This document shows, piece by piece, positions 10,899-20,265 of a DNA stretch of 64,000 nt. The translations under genes were made by a program, and so were the position numbers. The notes under the pieces are model-generated. The model had not been told where the DNA came from, did no database searches, and worked only from the letters and a program-made list of their open reading frames with translations. Positions within the stretch are counted from its first letter, which is position 1. Each line of letters starts with the position of its first letter. The DNA is from an uncultured Alphaproteobacteria bacterium (lineage in GTDB: Bacteria > Pseudomonadota > Alphaproteobacteria > Rhodobacterales > Rhodobacteraceae): assembly GCA_963763295.1 (NCBI GenBank), contig CAVXOH010000017.1:7465-71464 (forward strand), read 5' to 3'.

Positions 10899-12216
10899 TC
10901 ACTTGTACTTGTCGTAGATCGACTGCGCCTGGGCCTGGGCCTCGTCCATCGCCCGGTCGGCGTCCCAGCCGTCGATGACGACGCGCTGGACCATCTTCGG
11001 CACGATGAAGTTGTTGTAGACGTCGGCGAAGGCGGTGTTGTAGACGTCCGGATAGCCCGGCGCCGTGCCGTTCTTGACCAGCTCGAGCAGGCCCGCATGG
11101 ATCGCGCTCGAGCCGTCGAACGCCGCGAAGCCCGGCCTGGTCCATCAGCACCGGGCCGTAGATCGCGACCTTGAAGTACTCCTGCATGAACTCCGGCTGC
11201 GCCAGGTGCTCGATGAGCGCGCGCGCGGCGTCGGGGTTCTGCGCGGTCTTCGGAATCGCCCGCAGCTGCAGGTTCAGGGGCGAGATCACCCCCTCCGGCC
11301 CCGCCGGCAGCGGCGAGTAGTCGGTCGCCTCGAAGAGCTCGGGGTCCTGGTCCTTCGCCGCGATCCCGACCGAGCCGGTGTTGGCGATGAACGCCGCCTG
11401 CCCGGACAGGTAGGCCTGGTTGTCGCCCGCGCCGTCCCAGGTCGCGTTGCCCGGCGGGAAGACGCCGCGGTCCCACGCGTCCTTGACCCAGGCAAGGTAG
11501 GCGCGGGTGGCGTCGGACTTGATCGTGACGGTCTTGCCGGCATCGTCGGCGATGCGTCCGCCGAACGACTGCATGACCGCGACCTGCATGTTGCCGTCGC
11601 CGACGTTGGAGAGCGCGAGGCCGAGGCCCGAGACCGGCGGCGCGTTGACCGCCTCGGCCTGCGCGACGAGGTCGTCCCAGGTGGCGGGCGCCTCGGTGAA
11701 GCCCGCCGGCCCGAGCAGGTCGGTGCGCCGCAGGATCATGTTGCCGCTGACGCCGAAGGGCATACCGGTGCGGCTGCCGGCGATCGCCGTGGTGTCGGAC
11801 GCGGTCTCGACGGAGGGGAACCAGCCGCCCTGCGCGGCGCCGATCGAGGCGTAGAGATCGTCGAGCGGAATGAAGACGTCCTGCGCCGACAGGGTGGACA
11901 GCAGATCGAGGCCCACGTCGAGCACGTCCGGCATCGTGCCCGCCTCGACCGCCGCCGAGACCCGCTGCACCGTCTCGTTCTGGTTGATCATCACCACCTC
12001 GACGTCGACGTCGTTCGCCTCGCCCCAGGCGACGGCGGTGTCGGTCAGGAGCTGGTTGGCGGCATCGGAAAAGATCAGGCCGCCCCAGAAGGTCAGCGTG
12101 CCTTCGGCCGAAGCCGGCTGCGCCAGGCCCGCGACGACGGCGAGGGCGGCCGCGGTCGCCAGAAAGCCGCGTCGGCCGCAGCCCCCGGGCCACGGAATTG
12201 TCGATCTCGATCGCAT
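10899..12216 (-). CDS. ABC transporter substrate-binding protein, Tat-like signal (frameshifted near 11135)
   Basis: GRRGFLA signal peptide, family-1 sugar-binding features, C-terminus YDKYK-stop in a second frame; GGAGG SD. Confidence 0.85.
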
Positions 12217-12260
12217 GCACGTCCTCCCTGAACAGACTTTGAATTCGGCTTTTGCGATTG

Positions 12261-12289
12261 AGGTTAGTTAGCGCGCCGGGGCCCGTCAA
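12261..12289 (-). promoter_or_regulatory. Sigma70-like promoter of the ABC/uxuA operon
   Basis: Minus strand TTGACG-N17-TAACCT, about 45 bp upstream of the binding-protein start. Confidence 0.55.
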
Positions 12290-12328
12290 CGCCCTCAGCC
12301 CGCTCGGGGTGGACGGGCCGATCCCGAT

Positions 12329-13051
12329 TCAGCTGTCCGACTGCCGCTGCCGAAGGCACTCGACGACCCGATCCGCCATGTGGACGCAGCGCGCGCCGTC
12401 GAACGGGAAGATCTCGCCGAAGCCCGCCGACAGCATCCGCTCGATCGAGCGGCGCAGCAGCCGGCGCGCCCGGTGCAGGCGGGTCCTGACGGTCTCGGGA
12501 CGGATGGCGAGCAGCGTCGCGGCCTCCTCGGTGCTCAGGCCCTCGATCTCGCGCATGACGAAGACCAGCCGGAACGGCTCGGGCAGCGCGTCCACGGCGC
12601 GCTCCAGCACCTGGCGGACCTGGGCCCGGCCCGCCTCGCTCTCCGGGCCGGCCGGCGCCGGCGACATGGGAAACACGATCACGCTCCCTCCCTCGGCAGC
12701 CGCGGCGTCAAGCATGGCGAGATCCGCGCGCGGCCGGCGCTGGCGCAGGCGGCCGAGCGCCTCGTTGAGCGCGATGCGGGTCAGCCAGGTGCCGAGCGCG
12801 GCCTCGCCGCGGAAGCCCTCGAGACGGGTGAAGGCGCGCACGTAGGTCGCCTGCACCACGTCCTCGGCCTCGGCGTCGTCGCGCAGCACGCTCCGCGCCA
12901 CCCGGAAGAGCCGCCGGTTGTGGCGGCCGACCAGGGTCCGCACCGCCGCCTCGTCATGGCGTCGGGCGAGCTCGACCAGCGCCGCGTCGTCGAGCGCCGC
13001 GTGATCGAGGGGCATTCTGGCAGCCGGGTACATCGGTCCTCCCCGGATCAT
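12329..13051 (-). CDS. ECF RNA polymerase sigma factor
   Basis: HNRRLFRVARSVL, EAEDVVQ, WLTRIA region 2; FVMREIEGLS..VRTRLHRAR region 4; C-terminal FPFDGARC. The true start may be 13030. Confidence 0.92.
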   Translation of the reverse strand: MIRGGPMYPAARMPLDHAALDDAALVELARRHDEAAVRTLVGRHNRRLFRVARSVLRDDAEAEDVVQATYVRAFTRLEGFRGEAALGTWLTRIALNEALGRLRQRRPRADLAMLDAAAAEGGSVIVFPMSPAPAGPESEAGRAQVRQVLERAVDALPEPFRLVFVMREIEGLSTEEAATLLAIRPETVRTRLHRARRLLRRSIERMLSAGFGEIFPFDGARCVHMADRVVECLRQRQSDS

Positions 13052-13057
13052 CGGCGG

Positions 13058-13582
13058 TCAGACCCGCCGCACGATCCCCTTTCCCATGATCTCCACCACC
13101 GGCGGAAAGCCGTTCAGCGCCACCTCCGGCAGGTCGCCGCCGGCGCCCGGGTCCTGCATCCAGGCATCGGCGTCCGGGTTGCCGACGATGATCCGACCGA
13201 CCATGCCGGCATGCTCGTGCGGCACGCAATAGTAGTCATAGACCCCCTCGGCCGTCAGAGTGATTTCAAAGCCGTCATCCGGCAGCAGGTAGTCCGAATC
13301 CCACGGCGTCGCCGCCGCCGGGATGCGCCGCGGCCGGCCGAAGTTGGCCGGATGGTAGGCGGTCGCGGTGTGCGAATTGCCGGCATCGCCGTTCGTCCAG
13401 CGCAGGGTCTCCCCGGGCAGGATGCGCAGGCCGACGGGATCGAAGCCGACATGGGCGCCCCTCGCGTCGCCCTGCATCCGGATCGCGTGGGTCACCGGGC
13501 TGGCGGCCTGCGCCGGCGGCCGGAGCAGCAGGACCGCGGCGGCGCCGCCGAGCCCGAGCATCCCGCGCCTGGTCAGGATCAT
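13058..13582 (-). CDS. Plastocyanin/azurin-family blue copper protein, Tat-like signal
   Basis: TRRGML signal; type-1 Cu ligands SHT and YYCVPHEHAGM. Confidence 0.9.
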   Translation of the reverse strand: MILTRRGMLGLGGAAAVLLLRPPAQAASPVTHAIRMQGDARGAHVGFDPVGLRILPGETLRWTNGDAGNSHTATAYHPANFGRPRRIPAAATPWDSDYLLPDDGFEITLTAEGVYDYYCVPHEHAGMVGRIIVGNPDADAWMQDPGAGGDLPEVALNGFPPVVEIMGKGIVRRV

Positions 13583-14001
13583 TCCGCGACCCGCGCCTCG
13601 TCCGCCGCCGGCACGTGCCAGAGCACGAAGTGGGCGTGCGGCACCTCGACACCCGGATGGCCGGCGTTGAAGTAGATGTCGACGTGGTCGACGTTGCCGC
13701 CGGGCGAGGACAGGTTGTCGAAGGTCTTGTCCGGGTTGAAGTCGGTGACCGGGATCATGAAGATGGTGCTGACCAGCTGGCCGTCGTGGTCATAGGCGAG
13801 GAACGGGCCGGCCGGCAGGGTCGCCGGATCGACGAAGAGCTGGCCGAGGCCGGGCAGGAACTCGGGCAGCGCCACGAGCTTGCTCACTTCCTGGAACGGC
13901 GCGGCCGGCGGAGCCTCGGCAAACGCCCCGGCGTCCTGCGCCAGGGTCGGGCCGGCTCCGAGAGCGAGGACGGCGAAGGCGAGCGACGGCAGGCGGATCA
14001 T
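13579..14001 (-). CDS. Secreted His-rich hypothetical protein
   Basis: Sec-type signal (GPTLA-QD); DHVDIYFNAGHPGVEVPHAHFVLWH; stop overlaps the cupredoxin start. Confidence 0.8.
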   Translation of the reverse strand: MIRLPSLAFAVLALGAGPTLAQDAGAFAEAPPAAPFQEVSKLVALPEFLPGLGQLFVDPATLPAGPFLAYDHDGQLVSTIFMIPVTDFNPDKTFDNLSSPGGNVDHVDIYFNAGHPGVEVPHAHFVLWHVPAADEARVAE

Positions 14002-14049
14002 GGCGGTATCTCCGGTTTCGGCGACGCCCGTCAGTGCGGCGTCGGTAAG

Positions 14050-14078
14050 TTGGATGGTGCGGCGGGCAAAAGGTTCCC
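14050..14078 (-). promoter_or_regulatory. ECF-type promoter of the hypothetical-cupredoxin-sigma operon
   Basis: Minus strand GGGAAC-N16-CATCCAA, about 50 bp upstream of the first ATG. Confidence 0.65.
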
Positions 14079-14119
14079 GGATCGCTACACGACGCCTCGG
14101 AAAAAGCGCGCCGGCTCAG

Positions 14120-14233
14120 CCGTCCCGCCCGGGCCCCGAGCCCGGGCAGCGGCCGACCGCCCCCCGGGCGGCCGCTTCTCGGCCGCCCGCGGTCGAGCCG
14201 CTGCCCTCCTCTCGCGCGGATGCCGGGTTCGGG
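14120..14233. repeat. GC-rich nested-palindrome REP-like element, family C copy 1
   Basis: 110/114 identical to 61585-61698; inner stem GGGCGGCCG-cttct-CGGCCGCCC within a longer stem. Confidence 0.9.
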
Positions 14234-14304
14234 CTCGCACTCTGGTGGCGGTGGCGGTCGTCCCTGTGCGACAGTCGCGCGGGCATCCGCCCGTGGAGGA
14301 CCTG

Positions 14305-15153
14305 ATGCCGAGCCCCCTCGTCGACCTGCGGATCGCGCCGATGGGCGTCGCCGAGCTCGGGACGGCGCTCGACTGGGCGGCCGCCGAGGGTTGGAACCCC
14401 GGCCTCGACGACGCGAGCGCCTTCCTCGCCGCCGATCCGCGCGGCTTCCTGATGGGCTGGGTCGGTGACGACGCCGTCGCCTGCATCTCGGTCGTCCGCC
14501 ATTCGCCGGCCTTCGGCTTCCTCGGCCTCTACCTGTGCAGACCGGCGTGGCGCGGGCAGGGATACGGCTGGGCGCTCTGGCAGGCGGGGCTCGCCCATCT
14601 CGGCGACCGCACCGTCGGCCTCGACGGGGTCCTCGCCCAGCAGGCCAACTACCGCCGCTCGGGCTTCGCCGGAACCGGCCGCACCATCCGCCACCTCGGC
14701 ACGCCGGCGCCGGCGCCCGCCGGCGATCTCGCCGCCGCGTCGGGCCACCTGCCGGCGCTGGCCGCGCTCGACCGCCGCGCGACCGGCATCGACCGGCCGG
14801 CCTTCCTCGCCGCCTGGCTCGCCGACACCGCGACACGCCGGACGCTCGCCCTCGTGGAGCAGGGCGAGGCCCGGGCCTTCGGCACCGTCCGCGTCTGCCG
14901 CGAGGGCCTCAAGATCGGCCCGCTGATCGCCCCCGGCCGGTCCGACGCCCTGCGGCTCGTCGGCGCGCTCGCCGGGCGCTTCCCCGGTCGCCCCCTCGCC
15001 ATCGACGTCCCCGAATCGAACCCGGCCGCCGTCGCCCTCGCGGTCGGGCTCGGCCTGGAGCCCGTCTTCGAGACGGCCCGCATGTATCGCGGTCCCGCGC
15101 CGGGCGAACGGCCCGACCTGATCTGGGGCGTGGCGACTCTCGAGCTCGGCTGA
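14305..15153 (+). CDS. GNAT family N-acetyltransferase (YitH-like, two-domain)
   Basis: WAAAEGWNPG, YLCRPAWRGQGYG, FETARMYRG; GGAGG SD. Confidence 0.88.
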   Translation: MPSPLVDLRIAPMGVAELGTALDWAAAEGWNPGLDDASAFLAADPRGFLMGWVGDDAVACISVVRHSPAFGFLGLYLCRPAWRGQGYGWALWQAGLAHLGDRTVGLDGVLAQQANYRRSGFAGTGRTIRHLGTPAPAPAGDLAAASGHLPALAALDRRATGIDRPAFLAAWLADTATRRTLALVEQGEARAFGTVRVCREGLKIGPLIAPGRSDALRLVGALAGRFPGRPLAIDVPESNPAAVALAVGLGLEPVFETARMYRGPAPGERPDLIWGVATLELG

Positions 15154-15157
15154 GGCG

Positions 15158-16042
15158 CTACGCGGCCGGCGCCGGACGGCGCCGGCGGTCGTCGAAGAGG
15201 ACGACGGCGAGGCCGCTCGCGACGACGAGGAGGATGCCGCCGAGCGCCAGCGCGTTCGGCAGGTGGCCGAAGACGACGAGGCCGGAGATCACCGCCCAGA
15301 GCGTGAAGGAATAGTAGAACGGCGCGACGACATGAGTCGGTCCGACCCGGTAGGCCATGAAGATGAAGAAGTGGCCGAAGATCAGGAACAGGCCGGCGCC
15401 GGCGACGAGCATGAGGTGCCGGGCGCCGGGTGTCACCCAATCCTCCAGCAGCAGGTGCGCGGCGGCGGCGCCGCCGAGCACCACGACGGCGGCCGAGAGT
15501 GCGACGACCATGCCGGGCACGTCGGGGCGCACCCCGCGGCCGACCAGGTCGCGGACCGCGCAGAGCACGGCGTTGCCGAGCGCGAGCAGCGCATAGACCG
15601 AGATGCCGGCGCCGGTCGGCTGCGCCACCATCAGCGCGCCGATGAAGCCTGCGCCGATCAGCGCCATTCGCACCCCGCCGACCCGCTCGCGCAGCACGAA
15701 CGAGGCGCCGAGGATGACGAGGAGCGGGGTGATCTGGCCGAGCGCGGTGGCGTCGGCGATCGGCATGTTGGCGAGCGCCACGACGTAGCAGAGGATCGCC
15801 GCGGTCTCGCAGAGGTTGCGCACGAGGACGCGGCCTTGGAACATCAGCGGCAGCTGGCGGCGGTAGCCGAGCAGGAGGAGCAGCGGCAGGCCCCAGGCGA
15901 CGGCGGCGATGCCGCGCAGCACCAGCACCTCATAGGGCGGCAGCCCAACGGTCGCGAGCTTCATCATCGTGTCGTTGACGACGTAGGCGCCGGTGGAGAT
16001 CACCATGAAGGCGGCGCCGCGGAACCGGTGCGCGGGACGCAT
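15158..16042 (-). CDS. DMT/EamA family transporter
   Basis: About 10 TM segments; NDTMMK, LRERVGGVR, VVAPFYYS. Confidence 0.88.
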   Translation of the reverse strand: MRPAHRFRGAAFMVISTGAYVVNDTMMKLATVGLPPYEVLVLRGIAAVAWGLPLLLLLGYRRQLPLMFQGRVLVRNLCETAAILCYVVALANMPIADATALGQITPLLVILGASFVLRERVGGVRMALIGAGFIGALMVAQPTGAGISVYALLALGNAVLCAVRDLVGRGVRPDVPGMVVALSAAVVVLGGAAAAHLLLEDWVTPGARHLMLVAGAGLFLIFGHFFIFMAYRVGPTHVVAPFYYSFTLWAVISGLVVFGHLPNALALGGILLVVASGLAVVLFDDRRRRPAPAA

Positions 16043-16044
16043 GA

Positions 16045-16341
16045 TCAGGCAGCGGGCCCCGGGCCGGGCGGGTCGATGCCGTCGTCCCACACGTGGTTAC
16101 GGCCCGGCCCGCGCGGCGGCGGCCTCAGGCCGAGGAGCCGCCGCACCAGTCCCCGGGCGACGGAGGCGAGCGCGAAGCCGGCGAAGCCGACCCAGACCAC
16201 GAGGAACAGCGCCGGCGCCAGCTCGCCCCCGAGCGCGGCGGCGCCGAAGCTCCAGGCCGCGACCAGGATCGCCGCGGCCCAGAAGGTCAGCCAGAGGATC
16301 GTGAAGACGGTCCCAACCCGGTCGGGGCGGCCGCGCGGCAT
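16045..16341 (-). CDS. Small hypothetical membrane protein (2 TM)
   Basis: 98-aa ORF with two hydrophobic helices, GGAGG SD, 2 bp from the DMT start. Confidence 0.65.
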   Translation of the reverse strand: MPRGRPDRVGTVFTILWLTFWAAAILVAAWSFGAAALGGELAPALFLVVWVGFAGFALASVARGLVRRLLGLRPPPRGPGRNHVWDDGIDPPGPGPAA

Positions 16342-16400
16342 CACGCGCCTCCCGCCCCGACGACCCGAAATCTCGCGCCGCCCGATCCCCGGCATACGAG

Positions 16401-16472
16401 TCGTGCAAGCGTTGTGCATGAGTTCGTGCATGGATTGTGTATGAGCGAATTCAGCCATGTCGCTGTCGCCGC
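16401..16472. repeat. 11-bp-array element, family B copy 1
   Basis: GTGCA/GTGTA cores at 16403, 16414, 16426, 16437; the 36-bp flank matches 25297-25332 at 30/36. Confidence 0.8.
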
Positions 16473-16485
16473 AAGGGGAATTGAA

Positions 16486-17451
16486 TCACTGGTTGCGCTG
16501 CCGATAGAGCAGCCGCCGCATCGACCCCGTCTTCGAGCGCATCAGCAGCGTCTCGGTCTCCATCCACTCGCCGTCGCGCCGCGCGCCCCGCACGATCGAC
16601 CCGTCGGTCACCCCGGTGGCCGAGAAGATCACATGCTCCGTCACCATCTCGTCGCGGGTATAGACCCGGTCGAGGTCCTTGATCCCGGCCTTGTGCGCCC
16701 GCTTGCGCTCGTCGTCGTTGCGGAAGAGCAGCCGCCCAAGCATCTGGCCGCCCATGCATTTCAGCGCCGCCGCCGCCAGCACGCCCTCCGGCGCGCCGCC
16801 CGAGCCCATGTACATGTCGATGCCGGTCTTGTCCGGCTCGGCGCAGTGGATCACCCCGGCGACGTCGCCGTCGGTGATCAGCCGGATGCGGGCGCCGGTG
16901 GCGCGGATCTCGCCGATCAGCGCCTCGTGCCGCGGCCGCTCGAGCACGCAGACCATGATGCCGCTGGTCGCGGTGCCCTTGGCCCGGGCCAGCACCTGGA
17001 TCCGCTCGGTCGGGGTCATGTCGAGATCCACGAGCCCCTCCCGGTACCCGGGACCGATCGCGAGCTTGTCCATGTAGACGTCCGGCGCGTGCAGCATCGA
17101 GCCGCGCGGCCCCATCGCGATCACGGCGAGCGCGTTCGGCATGTCCTTCGCGGTGAGCGTCGTGCCCTCGAGCGGGTCGAGCGCGATGTCGACGCCGGGG
17201 CCGTCCCCGGTGCCGACCTCCTCGCCGATGTAGAGCATCGGCGCCTCGTCGCGCTCGCCCTCGCCGATGACGATGCGGCCCTGGATGTCGAGCATGTTGA
17301 GCTGCTTGCGCATCGCGTCGACGGCCGCCTGGTCGGCCGCCTTCTCGTCGCCCTGGCCGACCAGCTTGGCCGCGGCGATCGCGGCGGCCTCCGACACGCG
17401 CGCGAGTCCGAGCGACAGCATGCGGTCCGCAAAGATTTGGTCTTCGGCCAT
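16486..17451 (-). CDS. glpX: Class II fructose-1,6-bisphosphatase
   Basis: IVIGEGERDEAPML, DPLEGT, DGDVAG, GGAPEGV. Confidence 0.97.
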   Translation of the reverse strand: MAEDQIFADRMLSLGLARVSEAAAIAAAKLVGQGDEKAADQAAVDAMRKQLNMLDIQGRIVIGEGERDEAPMLYIGEEVGTGDGPGVDIALDPLEGTTLTAKDMPNALAVIAMGPRGSMLHAPDVYMDKLAIGPGYREGLVDLDMTPTERIQVLARAKGTATSGIMVCVLERPRHEALIGEIRATGARIRLITDGDVAGVIHCAEPDKTGIDMYMGSGGAPEGVLAAAALKCMGGQMLGRLLFRNDDERKRAHKAGIKDLDRVYTRDEMVTEHVIFSATGVTDGSIVRGARRDGEWMETETLLMRSKTGSMRRLLYRQRNQ

Positions 17452-17521
17452 CGGACACGTCCCTTTCTGCGATGCGCTGCCCTTCTAGGCGATCGGGCCG
17501 GGCCGGGGCAAGCTTTGCAGC

Positions 17522-18043
17522 CTACCGGGGCAGGGTGTCGCCGCCGGGGCCGAGCGGACGCTGCATCAGCACGGTGTCGACCCAGCGGCCGAACTTGAAG
17601 CCGACGGCCCGGAACGTGCCGGCGTGGCGGAAGCCGGCGCGGGCATGGACGGCGATCGAGGCCGCGTTGCCGCTGTCGCCGATCACCGCCAGCATCTGCC
17701 GCCCGCCCCAGGCGGTGCCGGCATCGATGAGCGCGGCGAGAAGCCCACTGCCGATGCCGCGGCCGACGGCGGCGGGGTCGAGGTAGATCGAATCCTCGAG
17801 CGTGAAACGGTAGGCGCTGCGCGCGCGATAGGGGGCGGCATACGCGTATCCGAGCAGCCGGCCGGCCTCCTCGGCGACGACGCAGGGGAGGCCGCGCCCG
17901 GCGATCTCCTCGAGCCGGCGTGCCATCTCGGCGGTGCCGGGCGGCACCTCCTCGAAGGTGGCGAGGCCGTGCAGGACATGGTGGGCGTAGATCGCCTCGA
18001 TCGCCGGCACATCGGCCGCGCGGGCCGGGCGGAGGTCGGGCAT
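17522..18043 (-). CDS. GNAT acetyltransferase, phosphinothricin/MddA-like
   Basis: ATFEE, GYAYAAPYRARSAY, GFKFGRWVD; TGATG overlap with hom. Confidence 0.9.
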   Translation of the reverse strand: MPDLRPARAADVPAIEAIYAHHVLHGLATFEEVPPGTAEMARRLEEIAGRGLPCVVAEEAGRLLGYAYAAPYRARSAYRFTLEDSIYLDPAAVGRGIGSGLLAALIDAGTAWGGRQMLAVIGDSGNAASIAVHARAGFRHAGTFRAVGFKFGRWVDTVLMQRPLGPGGDTLPR

Positions 18044-19329
18044 CAGAGCTCCTCGATGCGGATCGCGACCGGGGCGGCGCGGCAGACGTCGAGCCGGGCG
18101 ATCTCGGCGAGCGCACGGTCGAGCCCCGTTCGCTCGGCCTGGTGGGTGACGATGAGGATCGGCGCCTCGGCTCCGGCGTGCTCGACCTGGCGCATGCGGT
18201 TGATCGAGATGCCGGCGGCGCCGAGCGCGGCGGCGACCTTGGCAAGGACGCCCGGCGCGTCGTCGACGAGGAAGCGCAGGTAGTAGGCGGCCGGCGCGCC
18301 GTCCCCGGCCCGTCCCGGCGTCGCGAGCGTCGCGGCCGGGCGGCCGAACGGCGGGATCACCAGGCCGCGCGCGATGTCGACGATGTCGCCGACGATCGCC
18401 GAGGCGGTGGCCCCGGCGCCGGCGCCGGGGCCGGACATGACGATGCGGCCGACGAAGTCGCCCTCGAGCACGACCATGTTGGTGACGCCCTCGAGCTGGC
18501 CGAGCGGCGACGCCGCCGGGACCAGGCAGGGTTGCATCCGGGACTCGAGTCCGGCCGCGGTCATCCGGGCGACGCCGAGCAGCTTGATCCGGTAGCCGAG
18601 CTCGGCCGCGTGCTCGATGTCGGCGAGGCTGACGTGCTCGATGCCCTCGACCGTCATGCCGTCGAAGTCGATCCGGGTGCCGAAGGCGGCGGCGGCGAGG
18701 AGCGCGAGCTTCTGGGCCGCGTCGATGCCGCCGACGTCGAACGAGGGATCGGCCTCGGCGTAGCCGAGGCGCTTCGCCTCCTCGAGCACCTCGGCGTAGG
18801 GGGCGTCCTCCGCCTCCATTCGGGTCAGGATGTAGTTGCAGGTGCCGTTCATCACCCCCATGACCCGGGTGATCGCGTTGCCGGCGAGACCTTCGGTCAG
18901 CGCCTTGACGACCGGGATGCCCCCGGCGACCGCCGCCTCGAAGCGCAGCGCGACGCCGTTCGCCTCGGCGAGCTCGGCCAGCGCCTGCCCGTGCCGGGCG
19001 AGCATCGCCTTGTTCGCGGTGACGAGGTGCTTGCCGCCCCCGAGCGCCGCCGTCGCGGTCGCCTTGGCCGGCCCGTTCTCGCCGCCGACGACCTCGACCA
19101 CGAGGTCGACGTCGGCGCGGCGCGCCAGCGCCACCGGGTCGTCCTCCCACGCATAGGCGGCGAGGTCGACGCCGCGATCGCGGTGCCGCGAGCGCGCCGA
19201 GACCGCCGCGATCTCGACCGGCCGCCCGGCGCGGGCGGCGATCGTCGCGCCATGCGCCTGCATAATCCGCACGACCCCCGCGCCGACGGTGCCGAGGCCG
19301 GCGAGGCCGATGCGGAGCGGATCGGGCAT
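18043..19329 (-). CDS. hom: Homoserine dehydrogenase
   Basis: GLGTVG, VTANKA, EAAVAGGIP, NGTCNYIL, GYAEADP, C-terminal ACT domain. Confidence 0.97.
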   Translation of the reverse strand: MPDPLRIGLAGLGTVGAGVVRIMQAHGATIAARAGRPVEIAAVSARSRHRDRGVDLAAYAWEDDPVALARRADVDLVVEVVGGENGPAKATATAALGGGKHLVTANKAMLARHGQALAELAEANGVALRFEAAVAGGIPVVKALTEGLAGNAITRVMGVMNGTCNYILTRMEAEDAPYAEVLEEAKRLGYAEADPSFDVGGIDAAQKLALLAAAAFGTRIDFDGMTVEGIEHVSLADIEHAAELGYRIKLLGVARMTAAGLESRMQPCLVPAASPLGQLEGVTNMVVLEGDFVGRIVMSGPGAGAGATASAIVGDIVDIARGLVIPPFGRPAATLATPGRAGDGAPAAYYLRFLVDDAPGVLAKVAAALGAAGISINRMRQVEHAGAEAPILIVTHQAERTGLDRALAEIARLDVCRAAPVAIRIEEL

Positions 19330-19420
19330 GCGCGCCTCCAGCTGGTTTGGCCCGCTGCTTAAGCGAGGGCCGACCGCGCCGCAATGCGGAAGACGGCGGT
19401 GCCCGGCGGCGGCCGCGCCC

Positions 19421-19744
19421 CTAGTCCTCGAGGAAGCTCCTGAGGCGGGCGAGGGCGTCCTCCCATTGCCGGCCGACGGTCTCGAGACAGGCCTGCGCCT
19501 CGGCCAGCCGGTCGGGGCAGAGCGCGAAGCGGGTCTCGCGGCCCGCCCGCAGGCTGGCGACGACGCCGGCCTGCTCGAGCACGCGCAGATGCTTCGTCAT
19601 CGCCTGCCGGCTGATCGGCGCGCCCGCCGAGAGCTCGGTGACCGACCGGGTCCGGCCGTCCGCCAGGGTGGCGACGAGGCCGAGGCGGGTCGGGTCGCCG
19701 AGCGCGGCGAAGATCGGGGCGGCGGCCTCAGGCGCCGGTGACAT
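19421..19744 (-). CDS. ArsR/SmtB family transcriptional regulator
   Basis: FAALGDPTR, ISRQAMTKHLRVLE, GRETRF. Confidence 0.9.
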   Translation of the reverse strand: MSPAPEAAAPIFAALGDPTRLGLVATLADGRTRSVTELSAGAPISRQAMTKHLRVLEQAGVVASLRAGRETRFALCPDRLAEAQACLETVGRQWEDALARLRSFLED

Positions 19745-20186
19745 GGGCGCGGATGTTCTCCATCTGGATCTCCCAGCCGCCGCTGTTCTCCCGCATCGCG
19801 TTGCTGCGGAGCGGTTCCGGCAGCGCCTCGAAGCCGCTCTCGAGGACGGTGACGCGGGTCCCTCCGGCGATGGGCTCGAGGCGGAACTCGACGAGCGTCG
19901 TCGGGACGTCCCCGCTGGCCCGCCCGTCGGCGGTCTGCGGCCAGCGGAAGGCGAAGTAGGTCTCGGGCTCGATGGCGACGATGTCGGCCTCCCAGGCCAT
20001 GTGCTCGTAGCCGGGGTAGGTCATCTGGCCGAGCGACCTGCGGCCGACCTCGAAAGGAGCGTCGATCCGGGCGCGAAACCAGGTGCCGAACTCGCGCGAG
20101 TCGGTCAGCGCCCTCCAGACGCGGGAGGCCGGGGCCGCGATTTCGACGCTCCGCTCGATGCGGTCGGCGATGGTGGCATCTGGCAT
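19728..20186 (-). CDS. SRPBCC (AHSA1/START-like) family protein
   Basis: VWRALTD, FAFRW, TLVEFRLE, GTRVTVLESGF, GGWEIQ; GGAGG SD. Confidence 0.9.
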   Translation of the reverse strand: MPDATIADRIERSVEIAAPASRVWRALTDSREFGTWFRARIDAPFEVGRRSLGQMTYPGYEHMAWEADIVAIEPETYFAFRWPQTADGRASGDVPTTLVEFRLEPIAGGTRVTVLESGFEALPEPLRSNAMRENSGGWEIQMENIRAHVTGA

Positions 20187-20265
20187 GACTGGCAACCTCC
20201 TGGTTGCGGGATCATGCAGGACCGGCCACGCTTACGCAACCGAAAAGTTGCGTGAAGCCTCGGGC

